DNA of 64,000 nt from Octopus sinensis (GCF_006345805.1 NC_043018.1:1984001-2048000); one strand, 5' to 3'. Counted from the first letter of the stretch, positions 39,316 through 53,180 are shown. The notes: generated by a model from the letters alone, not told the origin. A program made the numbers and translations.

Positions 39316-39868
39316 GAGTGAGAGAGCAGTGCATGCCATCAAAGTGACACTGGGGTAAAATATACGAAGCCCAATATACCCATCATGACTACCCGTCTGA
39401 TAAGGGTACACCAGGCACATGCTTCACAACCATATGTGCATGACATGGTGATCTCATATCAAGAAAAACAGCACATGACCTTGCAGGTGGGGCCCAGTTA
39501 GAATTTTCTTCAGGTTGACTAGCCCATCCTGCTCAAAAGGTCCCTGAATAAGGGTTGTTTAAGGATGTTGAAAGAACCACCCATGTTTCCAGAGGTGAAT
39601 TATTCAAACCCCAAAGAATCCCTCTCAACACATGGCTATGATGCTCCCCCACTACTTCTGCTCGTGATCAGAGATGCACATATCGTCAGCCACTAAGGGA
39701 CATGCTCAACTGGTTAAGGTCAAACAACTGACAAGCAAATCTGTGGTATTGAGCAGAATATTTGCTGTAGCCCATCTTTTATACCAAGACAAAACAATGT
39801 ACATGATAACACTTCCAATCAGTTAAGATCAGAAGCCATGAGAGCCACTGCCTGGTACTGCATCAGGG

Positions 39869-39870
<2 letters not shown>
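39316..39870. mobile_element. About 555-bp non-coding element inserted cleanly in (ATT)n
   Basis: Complex sequence with sharp borders and (ATT)n on both sides; no listed ORF. Confidence 0.65.
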
Positions 39871-39931
<61 letters not shown>

Positions 39932-40600
39932 CATCATCACCAACATCATCATTATCATGAGAGTAACAGAAATAATGGTTATACTGTGGTGATGATGATG
40001 ATGATGATGATGCTGATAATAAAAATGTTAGGAATATAGATGACGACGACGACTACCGTTGCAAAGACGAATAGCTGCTCCTCTTATTGTTCTCCCCACC
40101 TCCTCCTCGACCTTATCACAGCCATCATAATCATCATCATCATCATTATCGCCATCATTTTAATCATGATAATCAAACTCAATCTCGGAATATTTTAAAA
40201 TTAGCAGAATTAAAAAAAAAATAGAACGCGCGAGAGAGGGAGAGGGACAGAGAGAGAATGGTATGGAGAGGGAAAGTGAGAAGGAGAGAGAGGCAGGGAG
40301 AAAGAGAGAGAGAGAGAAAGAGCAACAGTATCAACGCAACACCTTGCAGTTATAATATTTCTAATCAAGTTTTCCACGCTAATTGAAAAGCTAGTTTTCA
40401 TTTGTTTGTTATGTAATATATTTCACACAACGAACACAAAAAAAAAAAAAATAAAAAACCCAGACAAAAAGTTTGTTGTAATTATAACCATTTCTACACA
40501 CAGAGACACACATTACCGTAATACATTGTATATACACACACAGACGCACACGCACAATATAATATAATATAATATAATATAATATAATATAATATAATAT

Positions 40601-40706
<106 letters not shown>

Positions 40707-41739
40707 GTATATATGTATATATGTACAATTTGTCATATAATTCTTGTTAGTACATAGATATACACAGGCAAACGTTCATATACACATATACAATCAAAGA
40801 CACGTACACGCATATATATTAGTTTAAAAAAAACATATTTGCTTCTCTTTATTTATTCATAATATTTCTCTTATATGTTTATATTATTTAGTAAATAATG
40901 TGATAACATTTTCGTGATTTCTATATTTATACTTTACAACATCACATACACACACATACAAACATACACAGACACACACGCACAGAGTTGCATATATTAA
41001 TTTCTATCAAATAATAATTTATTAATTTTAATAATATTCTGTTATATCAGTTGTAATCATTCGTTGTTTGTGTTACGTAAAAGTATTTTTATTGCTATCA
41101 TAATGCGTTATTATATAATATGTAATTATTCATCCTATAATATCTGTTGTGCTGTTATTAATATTTAGCCCAAGGCCAACTATGATCGCATATATATCAA
41201 TGTACTAATATGATCCAGTTATGAGCCACCATTTTGCTCTTTTCTTTTAAAATTATCAGGAATTATACTTCTAGACTATATGCACAACGCAATCTCCCAT
41301 CACTTATCTCTCATGATTGTAACGTACGACAAAGAACGATTGAACTATTTGACTGCTATTTCTAGGTTTTTCTACAAATAGCAGACAGAATCCTTCAGGC
41401 AGGTATTCGTCTATGTATCTATGCTCATCTTTTGGTTCTGAGCTGAAACTCTAACGTAGCCCAGTTTGTCTTTAATCCTTCTAGAGTCAGATAAAATAAC
41501 GTACCTGTTATGAATTGGGGTTGATGCGTAATCATCTCTCTCACCCCCCATCTTTCACAGTTTACTCTCTGTCTTTACCTGTCCATCTCCCTATTTTTCT
41601 CTCTTTTTTCTCTCTTTCGTTCTTTCACTCTTTCTCTTTTTCTCTACTTCATTCTCTCTCTCTCTCTCTGTCTCTCTCTTCGAAATGCTGTGCCCTTGTG
41701 CAAATATTCGAATCGGTTTTCTAATTGCTAATAACTGGA

Positions 41740-42490
41740 TGTAGATATAACTCTGGTCGTAGAGCCAATCACAAAGCCCTTTGTGTGTCTGCTTGTGTGC
41801 GTTTGTATTTTGTGGCTAAGTCGGAGGAGATAGGGAATCATTCGTTGTGAAGAATGAAGTCCCTGTTTCGATCCGCCTTCACTGTATCTTGTGCAAGTGC
41901 CATTTACCATAGCGATAACCTTGCTTTGACCCAAGCCTTTTTAGCGAAATCAGGCAGACAGAAATTCCTTGGAAGTTTGGAGAATGGATTGCTTCTGTCA
42001 TTCAAAGGACCATTCTTCTCACATACTCTGTCACGATACTTCTGCCTGAGGAGTACGTTAATAATATGTATGCCTGCAGAATACTCAGCCACTTCGCATG
42101 TTCACTTTCTGAATAGGTGGATTAGGTGATCGGGTTAATCAATAATCATCGTGGAAAGTGACAAAGATTCCTTTCCTCTTTCCCGTCGGGGTAGGAATCG
42201 CAACGGTTACTGCTATTTCACATGGGCTCATGGAGCAGTGAGTTTTAATGGAGTGACAAGTCATAACTCGTCCGGTAATCTTAGATCTTGGTGTGAATAT
42301 TTAGAGAAATGTGTAGTCCTCTACAGGCACACAAGACCCAAGGGCTGGAGTTGAATACAGCAACGGACTGAGTCTTTTCTTCCAAAGAAAGCCATTTAAA
42401 TGAGAATCATAACCGTCAGCTCTCTGCACAATTTCCTGCCAAATATGTTTCAGTGACGAAACCTGGCTGAATCTAAAGTTACGATTCATA
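41740..42490 (-). pseudogene. Decayed coding remnant of an unidentified protein, copy 1
   Basis: Collinear peptide similarity to 62040-62560: SKITGRVMTC and LNDRSNPFSKLPRNFCLPDFAKKAWV. Confidence 0.6.
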
Positions 42491-42508
42491 ACATTGCACG
42501 GAGTTTAA

Positions 42509-42935
42509 GGCGGCGAACTGGCAGAAACGTTAGCACGCCGGGCGCTATGCTTGTCGGTGTTTTGTCTGTCTTTACGCTCTGAGTTCAAATTCCGCCGTAG
42601 TCGACTTTGCTTTTCATCTTTTTGTGGTCGACATATTAAGTACCAGTTCCAACTGGTCCCCTTCCCTAAAATTTCGGCCTTTGTGCCTAGAGTAGAAAAG
42701 AATATTTCACGGAGTTTAAGGCGGCAAGCTGACAGAATCGTTAGTACGCCGGTAAAAAAAAAATATTTAGTCGTATTTATTCTGCCTTTACTTTCTGAGT
42801 TCAAATTCCACTGAAGTCGACTTTGTCTTTCATCTTTTCGATGAAATAATTATCCGTTGTGCACGATGATCGACATAATCGACTTAACCCCCCCCCGCAA
42901 ATATAATCCAAGCCTTGTGCCTAGTAGAAAAGATT
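42509..42935 (+). mobile_element. Two tandem SINE family A copies; first flanked by a 12-bp TSD
   Basis: CACGGAGTTTAA at 42497-42508 and 42708-42719. Confidence 0.9.
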
Positions 42936-43119
42936 ACTTACATACCTTAAAGGCGGTAAATTCGCAAGAGAAAGACAATTTAGATAACATACGTGTTTAT
43001 TTACTGCATTGCATCTGCGCAGCGATTTCTGTCGCCGAAAAGCGTACATAATGTAGCTGTTTGTTTCAAGCCAATTCATTACTTCTTCACAAATCTTTAT
43101 AATGTCTACTATTTTTCTC

Positions 43120-43315
43120 AGTCATTGGGCTGCGGCCATGCTACAGCACTGCCTTGAATTATTTAGTCAATGAAATTGACTCCAGTACTTTACTATTTAA
43201 AACTCTATTACTCACTGTATCGGACTCTTTCGCGGAAACGCTAAGTTACGGAGACGTCAAGAAACAGTGGTTACCAAGGGTAGTGGAAACAAACGCAAAG
43301 ATACGCACACACATT
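43120..43315 (-). mobile_element. SINE family B 3' portion
   Basis: Similar to 18520-18730. Confidence 0.65.
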
Positions 43316-43725
43316 TACATACATGCTCGTGTATCTGCGATGAGCTAATCCAGCCAAAATCGAACCCACAGATTAACGCTAACCTGGCTCCTTCCGCATC
43401 CGATTGGGCCAAACGCTCACCCATCAATATCAGTCAAATTTAGTTAAGATACACTTAAATTGTCTTATATTGTATATGATCGTTACATAGTAGCTTTCTC
43501 TCCGTGACTTACAAAGCCTTCCGCGTTTGTTTGCAAATATTATTCAGATAAACAGCAAGCGAGTTGACACATCCAAGTGGCAGGTGAATGTTACAACTAG
43601 TCTAACCCCAGGCAGATTCTCCACCAGCTGGTTTTTAATGCGACGTTGTGCTTCCTTTATATACAATATACCGCTAGCAGGGAGCGGGGAGCGAACACTT
43701 ATTGATCTTCATCAGCTGACAGGAT

Positions 43726-43774
43726 CACGGGACTGGCACAGTTTAGAGTTAGTTGGCTCCTCGTCAGCCGCGTG
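43726..43774 (-). ncRNA. Type-I hammerhead with G12 lost
   Basis: CACGCGG-CTGACGA-gGAG ccaactaa CTC-TAAA-CTG tgc CAG-TC-CCGTG. Confidence 0.6.
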
Positions 43775-43832
43775 CACCTGCGCAATGGAGTGATAGCTAA
43801 AATCGCCTCTGCCAGCAATATATTGTAAACAA

Positions 43833-44008
43833 AATAAGCTGCCGGACGAGATAGTGAAGATGCCGACGACCGCTCGGTTCAAAGTCTCTCTTGAACAGAG
43901 ATGGCCTGAACTCTTTGCATGAATACCCTCCCTGTACATAACTCCATGTCCCCCTACATGGCCTTGCTTTTTGGTTTTTGAGCCAAAAAAATTAACTTAA
44001 CTTAACTA
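43833..44008 (+). mobile_element. CR1 LINE 3' terminal fragment
   Basis: NKLPDEIVKMPTTARFKVSLEQRWPELFA*; (AACTT)n tail. Confidence 0.8.
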
Positions 44009-44247
44009 AAGTGACCGTCGGTCAGTGATTTACAACAAGTAAAGTAGCCAGTTATAAAATCTCAAGACGAGATATTGTAGTAACGTATAGTAAACAGGAA
44101 GCGATGTATTGTAAAGGATGTGGAACATTGCATCGAAACGCAGCTGGTGGAGAACCTGCCTAGGGTTAAACAGGTAGTAATCTTCACCGGCCACTTGAAT
44201 GTGGCAGCTCGCTTTCTGTTTAGAATACGTTACTACTCTATATAGAG

Positions 44248-44318
<71 letters not shown>

Positions 44319-45699
44319 GGCATGTATGTGTCTGTGAGTGTGTGTATATGTCTGTGCACGCACCTGCATGTATGCGTGTACGCATGCGCGATACCTTTAC
44401 ATTTCTAGTCTGTTTACGTATATAATGAAACTTTGAAAGCCGCGATGGTATTTTATGATTTGAATGGGATTCGGCTGCTATTTTTAGCGAGTCGATCAAC
44501 CAGAAGCAAATATTCTCTTTGGCTCCATGTTACCTTGTAATATCTTGTTCGTTGTTTGTTTTGGATGTTTTTATTTTCCGTTTTTTCAATTTTATTTTTA
44601 CATAATATAATATTTTTAAATTAACATTTTACGGTTTCTCATAATATTTTCTCAATTATTACAAGATTTTTGTCATATTTACTTTTTTTTGTTATTGCAA
44701 TTTTATTTATTTACTAAAATTTGTTATCTGATATAATAATGTGTTTCTTTTAAATATATTTCAGGAAAAAAAAATATTTTAATGACGATTGTGATGATAA
44801 TGATGATAAAGATGAAGACGATAATGATAATGAAGCTGATGATGATAGTGATGATGATGCTAAGGATGATGATGATGATGATGATAGCTGTGATGATGAT
44901 GATGATAATGATAATGATAGCGGTGATGATGATCATGATGATGATGATGATGATGACGATTCCACACACTGTCGTTTTCGTATTTATACGGCTGTCAAGA
45001 TATTCTATCAGATGATATGCAGTTAAAGACAATCTTTTATTGTTATTTTATCATTCCACATTTTTTTTTGTGTGGTTTCTTTACATTTGTAAATTGATAT
45101 TTTTTTCTCTCTCTGTTTTCTTAATATACATCTGAATTCTTTCTTGCATTCCCCATGAGTGCACGTCCGGCTGCGTGGTTAGCACTTTCCCATGGCAACC
45201 ATGAGATTCACGATGCTATCTTCGTGTGCTACACTTTGATGGGGAATATCTACCGTAGCAGCGTCAAGGTAACTAATAACCTGGATTCTGAGAGGTGTTT
45301 GGCAAAGAACATAACCGTATTTTGCGTAAAAGCTGCATCGTGAGAGAAATACCCTGAGTTTGGAATTGCAATTCTAAGACAGGTGTACTCAACCGGTATT
45401 TTTTTTTTACCAATGGACCTCTTTGATTACTATTTTATTCTGGTGTCCCCCCCATAGCCATTTGATGATTAAAAACTAGTTTTATATATATTTCTTTCAA
45501 AATTCCTACTTTGCTTCTCACATGAATTCGTGTAGGTACACGAAACTCTTCAAGGGTTGTCTCAGCATGGCCTCACACCTATGCAAAAGTGTCGTTGGTC
45601 GAAAGCGTTGGTTTTAAAGAAAACGAGAAAGTAGTTTCGCTGTTCCATTTCTTTTCCCATGAGCAACAGTTTTAACTTAACAATAATACTTTGTTGAAA

Positions 45700-45880
45700 G
45701 GCGGCGAGATGGCAGAAACGTTAGCACGCCGGGCGAAATGCTTAGCAGGATGTCGTCTGTTTTTTACGTTCTGAATTCAAATTACGCCTAGGTTGACGTT
45801 TCCTTTTGGGTGTCGATAAATTAATCGACTGGTTTCCTCCAAAAAGAATTCGGGCCTTGTTCCTCATGAAGAAAGGAATA
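45700..45880 (+). mobile_element. SINE family A, internally deleted
   Basis: GGCGGCGAGATGGCAGAAACGTTAG head. Confidence 0.85.
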
Positions 45881-46130
45881 TTTTCAGTCAGAAATATTTT
45901 TGCAAAACTTTCGTATCTGGGACTTACTACACGTTTAAAAACTGCTAAACCGTTGTACTACACTTTGACAATTGTTCATATCTTGGCATCCGAAGCAGCT
46001 GGAGATACAATAGTTTGACCAAAAGAACCGGCTATTGCAAGCAAAATTCTATATATTGAAAATTATATATATTAGCCAGATTTGGACAGTTTAACATAAT
46101 AGCAACGATATATATATATATATATATATA

Positions 46131-46190
<60 letters not shown>

Positions 46191-46622
46191 ATATATAATA
46201 TATATATATGTATGTTGTGTGTGTGTGTGTGTGGTGTGTGTGTGTGTGTGTGTGTAAATAGAGTTATAAGCGTTCACCGAATATTGACTACGGAAAAGTG
46301 TCATCAAATATGGCATCGCGAAAATAAGAGGTGTGAGGAATTCTACGGATATTAATGTCTGATTTTTCGTTGCGGGGTCTTATATTCCTTCATATTAGAC
46401 TATGGTCTATAACCAACGACGGGCGAAGGCTTCTAATTGCCTTTACAAAAATTTCAATCGCTACATCTTTTCTAATTTACGCAGAATTCGTATGTAAAAT
46501 ATAAGATGATGTGACATACATACATGCAAACACGCACACACGCACACACGCGCAGAAAAACATACATAAACACACACAGATACAGACAGACAGACAGACA
46601 CACACACACATACACACAGACA

Positions 46623-46660
<38 letters not shown>

Positions 46661-46696
46661 TATATATATGGATCTCGGGATCTTTCCTTCTCCTAT

Positions 46697-46731
46697 GTTT
46701 CCGACGAAGAGCTCCGCTCGAAACGTTAAGC
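46697..46731 (+). ncRNA. Ultra-minimal hammerhead-like motif (U4C core)
   Basis: GTTT-CCGACGA-a-GAGC tcc GCTC-GAAA-CG-TT-AAGC; element 46670-46838 ends at a (TA)n tract. Confidence 0.6.
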
Positions 46732-46835
46732 CCTCCTTCTTCCCTTCTTTCCTGAGCGTCCAATATACTTTATTTGTTCCACGTCCTTGCGTTGTGTTTT
46801 TTTGTTTTTTGTTTTTTCTTGTTTGGATTAACTCT

Positions 46836-46908
<73 letters not shown>

Positions 46909-47895
46909 TATATAGATATAAAGAGCCTGCCATCAACTCGTATTAAGTATTTCTTGGTAGATGTACGTAGCTTCAGCAGCTAATTTTCTACGACTATGTT
47001 TCCGGATGCAGACGTAGAATACTCAGTCAGTCGTAGTGGAATATATCGGTCGTGAAAAGCATTTAGTTTCGTAACGATCCTCTTATTTGAATATCAGAGT
47101 CTCTATTGTCCGTTTTGCTCTGGTTTAAGATACAAACGATTGATGCGTTGGATATTTTACCGCTCTTTTTAGCAAGTTGATCGATCATATGTCGGCCGTT
47201 CATTTTAACAAACCTGTCTGCCAATAAACAATCCTACACGCCAAAACTTTCCTTCATCTTATTCTCTCTTTATTCATCTTCCCCGTCTTCCTTTGTCTCT
47301 TTTATCCCATCTTCTACTCTCTCTTCTTCTGTCTTACAGCTTTCATTTTGTATCATCAGAGTGGGTGGCTGAAATAACAGGCTAGTTGATTTATCGATTG
47401 CGTATGGAGGCGGTGTCACTTTCAATTATCTAATTACTGAATGTGATAACTGGTAAAGGTTCTGCTGCGTATTTGGTTATCGACACGTTAGCATACTCAC
47501 TCTCCAGTGTTACTTCTTCAAATATTTACATTTTTTTACCTACCCATGATGTATGTTACATATACGTTTATGAAAGGTGATTAAGATATTTATCATATGA
47601 ATGTTATTTTTAAACAAGTTTTACTAAAAATATACAAGACTCATTTTTTCTATGTAACTTACTGTTTTAAATATGCTCTCCGTGATTTTTTCCGCAAGAT
47701 TATACGTAGAGATAAATGTGTATACACACACACACACACACATACACACACACACGCGTATGTATGTATATATGTATGTATGTGTGTACGAATACATGTA
47801 TGTATATATGGATATCTATACATATAAATATGTGTATATATATATATGTATATGTATATAAGTACATAAATGAGTGTATGTATACACACATACCC

Positions 47896-47926
<31 letters not shown>

Positions 47927-49590
47927 TGTGCTAGGATGTGCATATATATTTGTACACGGTTATGTTGTTCCTTCCATCAATATTATTGTTATTCATATGA
48001 CAATATAAATTTCTGATTTGTTTTGCAATATTTTGCTACGTATAATATATATATTTTGTATGAATTTTCTGATATTTTCTTATTTTCGTTACAGGTATTT
48101 TTTCTCCACGAGAAATAAATATTCTAAATAAATTGTTTGTGTTACATAATAAACAGCAAACAAACGCAGTGGAGACAATTTAATGGAAAAGAATGCTAAC
48201 CAAATAAACAGACCGAAATACCGCACAGATAGATATGAAGACATTTCTACCTATAAATATGTAGACAGAGAACCACATATATACATATACATATCTATAT
48301 AGTACCTAATACATACATATATGCGTGTGTGTGTGTATGTGTATTAGATATATATATATTATATATATATATATATATGTATATATATGTATGTGTGTGT
48401 GTGTGTGTGTTTGGTACGTTAAATATATAATATATAAAGAAACTGAGAGCGAGATAGTGGGTGAAGGTATGATTGTATAATTTGGAGACAAAAACGGAAA
48501 GCTATAATGGCCATCAGGGACAGTGAAAGAGAAGAGATACTTTCTCATTTTATTCCCAGAGGTCTTCAAGGATTTTTCAGAAATTAGCAGAGATGATATT
48601 CAACCAAAAAAAAAAAAAAAAAATTAGAAAAAAAAAATCTAAAAAAAAAAAACATATAAAAGATACAAAAAACAACCAAAAAACAAAAACGAACAAATAC
48701 AACAACAGTAGCAACAACCTCATCAATTGTTTCCTTTTTATGTTTGTTTTATTATTATCATGTATAAATTATGTATCTGTTTCTCCTCGATGCTTTTGAA
48801 AAGTCAACAAAGAGCATTATATTGCTTTTAAAAGTTTATAGCTCGGGGAAAATTGATTTCGTGCTCTGGAACGTGGTGGGAATATCCATTCATTCTCTCT
48901 TTCCTTCCTTTCTACTTTCTTTTCTTCCTTCCTTCCTTCTTCCTTTCTTTCTGTTCTCCTTTCCTCCTTTCCTTCTGTTGTTTTGAAAATGTTCTTTCTT
49001 TGATTTTACTCTTCTGCTTTTCTTCTCCTCTTTAGTTTTTCCTTCTCTCATTTCTTGCTTTCTTGACATTTTTCTTCTACGCTTCTTCTTTACTCGTGCT
49101 CTTCATTTGTTGCTGTATTTCTTCCTCCGTTTCATTCATTTCAGGATGTCTTTTTGTATTATGTTGTTGCTCTTTCTTTAGTTCCTTTTTTCCCTCTTAC
49201 ATACATGAATATACATGTATGTATGTATGTATGTATGTATGTATGTATGTATGTATGTATGTATAAATGTATGTATGTATGTATGTATGTATGTATGTAT
49301 GTATGTATGTATGTATATATATACATACATACACACACACAAATATACATATATTGTATAGTAATAACAAACATGTATATATATATGAGTGTTGCATATA
49401 TATATGTATGTATATATAATATATATATATATATATAATATATATATATATATATACACATACCTATACATAAGTCTATGTATATTAATGGCATATATAC
49501 ATATAAGCGATATATATTTAATCGTTTGTGTAAAAAAATCTACTGCAAGCACAGAACCCTTTGCGGCGTTTACAAAAGCAAATAAGCTAT

Positions 49591-49625
<35 letters not shown>

Positions 49626-49979
49626 TATATGTATATGTATATACATGTTTCTGTGTGTGTGTGTGAGGTTGCTGCTTTTGTGCATGTCCGTGTAATAATT
49701 TCAGTCCTAAGTATTTCATAATTAAATAAACATGTATATAGCAATATGAGATTTTATCAAACCACCGCAGTCAGGGACCCACATTCACATACGCTCTTTA
49801 GCATATACAGACACATGTTCCTCAATACATTCATGTGCACACACGTGCGCGTGTATACGTAGATGTATGTGTATCTATCTATCTATCTATCTATATCTAT
49901 CTATCTATCTCTATATCTATCTATCTATCATCTATCTATCTATCTATCTATCTATATCTGTCTATCTATCTAGCTATCT

Positions 49980-50087
<108 letters not shown>

Positions 50088-50804
50088 ATATGTATATACA
50101 CGCATATATAATCTTATATATATGTATATGCATATGTAGTTGAGTGGATGCGTGTTTAAAACACGTGTTTTTATATCTAGTTCTCTCGTTTTTCTATTTA
50201 TTTCAAGTCATGTTTTGTTGAGAAAAATGTCGTTCATCTTCTCATTCGCCTGGGAAATATTATGATTGTATGCGTAAAAATAATGAAAAATCTTTGTAAA
50301 AGTGTCACTTGATGCGGCTTTAAAGTTAGAAATTCAGGTGGGAAAAGAAAATATAAATCCTAAATGAAAATCTAATGGTATAAACGCCATATTGAATACA
50401 TTGTTTTGTATCATAAATGCAACTACTTGCATCGTCCTGTTTTCTTTCAGAATTGTTTTAGATACAAAATCGTGAAATCTCAAATATGAAATTAGACACA
50501 CATAAAAAGATGTTGTTGCTGTTGTTGTTGTTATACCTGTCCAAGCACACCGCTGATTAAGCAAACCTTTGATGGATCATATTCAAACAATTACAACCGC
50601 ATCTTGTTTACATTAATGAGTATATTATCGAATGCATCCTCCTTTCTATACTGTGGCAGTTTGTAAATTTGTGTTGCATTTGGCTCTCGTTTCTAGTATA
50701 TCAATAACTACAAAGAGATGTTTCCGTACTGAAACTTCTGTGCATTAAAGCTTCTAGTTTGAATTTCGGAAAATTCTTTTAAAATTAGCTGTTGTTATTG
50801 ATGT

Positions 50805-51040
50805 TGCGGCGAGCTGGCAGAAGCGTTAGCACGCCGGGCGAAGTGCGTAGCCGTATTTCGTCTGCCGTTACGTTCTGAGTTCAAATTCCGCCGAGGTCGA
50901 CTTTGCCTTTCATCCTTTCGGGGTCGATTAAATAAGTACCAGTTTCGCACTGGGGTCGATATAATCGACTTAATACCTATGTCTGTCCTTGTTTGTACCC
51001 TTTATGTTTAGCCCCTTGTGGGCAATAAAGAAATAGGTAT
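50805..51040 (+). mobile_element. SINE family A, young copy
   Basis: Near-consensus; tail CCCCTTGTGGGCAATAAAGAAAT. Confidence 0.92.
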
Positions 51041-51299
51041 TTATGTTGCCCCGAATCAAACCGGATAACCCGAGAAAGGAGATATATGATAAAGCGCATT
51101 TCATACGTGAGAATTGCTTCCCTCTTGGAATCCTTAAAATTATATCATACAATGTCTTCCTCCCACTTATTAAGATTGCGATATATGATGAGAAGTAGGT
51201 TTAGTTGCAACTACTAAGATGTCGAGTTACCATGTCAGTAGGATGGGTTGGGTTGTGGTTGTGGTCTAATGTAAGGCTATCTTTGCTGGAGCTATGTAC

Positions 51300-51830
51300 G
51301 TGTTGAGCGTTCGTATGACAAGAGTTGTAATTATGTGAGTTTTGATAGTAAAGAAAGAGCTTTTGCTATTAGAGACTGCTACAATAGATTCGAAGTTGGG
51401 CGGGTCAAAATAGGATTGTTTCAGGGTGGATCTATTAAAGATAGAATGATATTTATGCTGCCGAGGGAAGTTGGAGTCAAGTATTTTAAAGAAGGATTTA
51501 GCTAAATTCTTTTACGTTAAGTAAGAATGGTGTTGTGTACCACAGAATAGAGCGTCTGCCGATTTTTTTAGGGTGTCTGGAAGTAGTGCTATCTATATTT
51601 TTAGATAAAGGAGTGCTATCTATATTTTTGGAGAATGGAGGTGGGTGGCAAGGCCTGTTGTTGTTAGCTGTTTTAGTTGTTTTAGTTTTTGACCTAGTGT
51701 TAAATGTATGTGTTGGGTCTAGGTTGCCTAGGTGTAAGACCTTCCAGGGTTCCATCGACCAGTGTGTGTGGTAGGTTGCGATTGTGATGGTTGGTGCGTC
51801 TTTTGAGATGTGATTTGAGGTATGTATTGT
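51300..51830 (-). mobile_element. Penelope-like element ORF remnant (RT C-terminal/linker region)
   Basis: RRSILWYTTPFLLNVK / NLAKSFFKILDSNFPRQHKYHSIFNRSTLKQSY..PN resembles the PLE motif IIWFNPP..NV.TN..FL.L..HFP..HKIFNR.T.K.SY. Confidence 0.75.
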
Positions 51831-52125
51831 TTGAGCCTGGTGTTATGGATGTATTCTATTTTAGGGAAAATCGATAACGGCGAGTGCTTGATTATAATAT
51901 GGTACGGGATTATTGAAAATTTCCCGAGTGGAATCTTTTTTCCTTGCTTTTTCCCGTTCCCGTTTTTGATTAGACCTTACAAATACATTCCTAACTTTTA
52001 AGTCACTTTAAAATAAAAAAAAAACCACCCCTCGAATCAATAACACCGTTTACAAACTCTATGCTTGGAATGACCAATTTTAAATAATATTGGAACTTAC
52101 TCACAAGATACAGGAATCGTATATA

Positions 52126-52160
<35 letters not shown>

Positions 52161-52164
<4 letters not shown>

Positions 52165-52370
52165 GTAAAAACGGTAAGATAACAAAAATAGAAAGAGACC
52201 TCAATATTATGTAAATAGAGGAAATTTAACTAAATTAATATGTGACAATTATACAATATCCAAGATAAAACTCGGATGCCAAAGAGATGGTGTTGTGGAT
52301 TTCCACTTAGGCATCCGAAACTCAGAGTTTTATCTTGGCTATTGAGTAATTGTAACATATTAACTTACAG
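52161..52370. mobile_element. Fold-back element between (TA)n tracts
   Basis: AATATGTGACAATTA..CCAAGATAAAACTC-GGATGCC pairs with GGCATCC..GAGTTTTATCTTGG..TAATTGTAACATATT. Confidence 0.75.
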
Positions 52371-52397
52371 ATATATATATATATATATATTATAATA

Positions 52398-52439
<42 letters not shown>

Positions 52440-52568
52440 ATTCTGCCTAAATACTGGAACTACAAATGCAATATCCCTGCATATCTCACGTCTATTTTCA
52501 TTCCTCCACTTCACTCTCTATTACATATCTTATCTAGAATAACTATTGCTTAATCATTTTCTCACATC

Positions 52569-52616
52569 GTCTTCGATAAAGGGATATATAAAATATCTTG
52601 GAAACAGCTGTAAGAC
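52569..52616 (+). ncRNA. Type-I hammerhead, U3:A8 core with U4C
   Basis: GTCT-TCGATAA-aGGGATAT ataaa ATATCTTg-GAAA-CAGCTG-TA-AGAC. Confidence 0.65.
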
Positions 52617-52910
52617 CTATGTATAAATGTTCTGAAATATTTCACAGTCTTGGATTTTTATCTCATTCCGTTAATATTTTTATATATACACATGCTGATA
52701 CATGACCTACGTTGGACTCCTCATTGGCATGAAAACAGAACCTGGAGCTTAACTATAGTCTGTCCATAGCACCTAGTCAGCATTACCTGACACCTTGGGG
52801 TCTTATTGACACCATTACTTCTCATAACCTCTATAAATATTTAAATATATGTTGATATACACACACACACACGTACAAGCACAAATATACACACACACAC
52901 ACACACACAC

Positions 52911-52952
<42 letters not shown>

Positions 52953-53090
52953 GCTAATTTTGAAATTAAATCAGCAGTTTATATTTACTGCTGAGAAGAC
53001 CGCGCGATTGCGGTAGATTTTGAAAATTTATAGCATATAGACTGGAGGCTTCCTTACCATCGCCTCGTGGATATATACTCGTTCTTGGCT

Positions 53091-53180
53091 TCTCTGCTGA
53101 CGAAGCACGCCAGTTGTACATAAATTCAATTTAATTAATTTGTTTACTAAAGTTTGCCGAAACTATGCATAGTCCAGAGA
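53091..53180 (+). ncRNA. Type-I hammerhead, canonical core
   Basis: TCTCTG-CTGACGA-aGCA...TGCc-GAAA-CTATGCATAG-TC-CAGAGA. Confidence 0.82.

Larger units (their letters stand above)
43540..44228 (-). mobile_element. Hammerhead-bearing rod-like element with inverted partial copy, split by a CR1 insertion
   Basis: 43545-43658 is the approximate reverse complement of 44112-44225. Confidence 0.7.

Noticed and set aside
39780-39870. U2 snRNA-like or HDV-like start of the (TAA)n-inserted element
   Set aside because: Only short scattered similarity; required pairings were not found.
46985-47040. Minus-strand CTGACTGA...GAAACATAGTC
   Set aside because: The core has an extra base, and stem II and the cleavage site cannot be assigned consistently.
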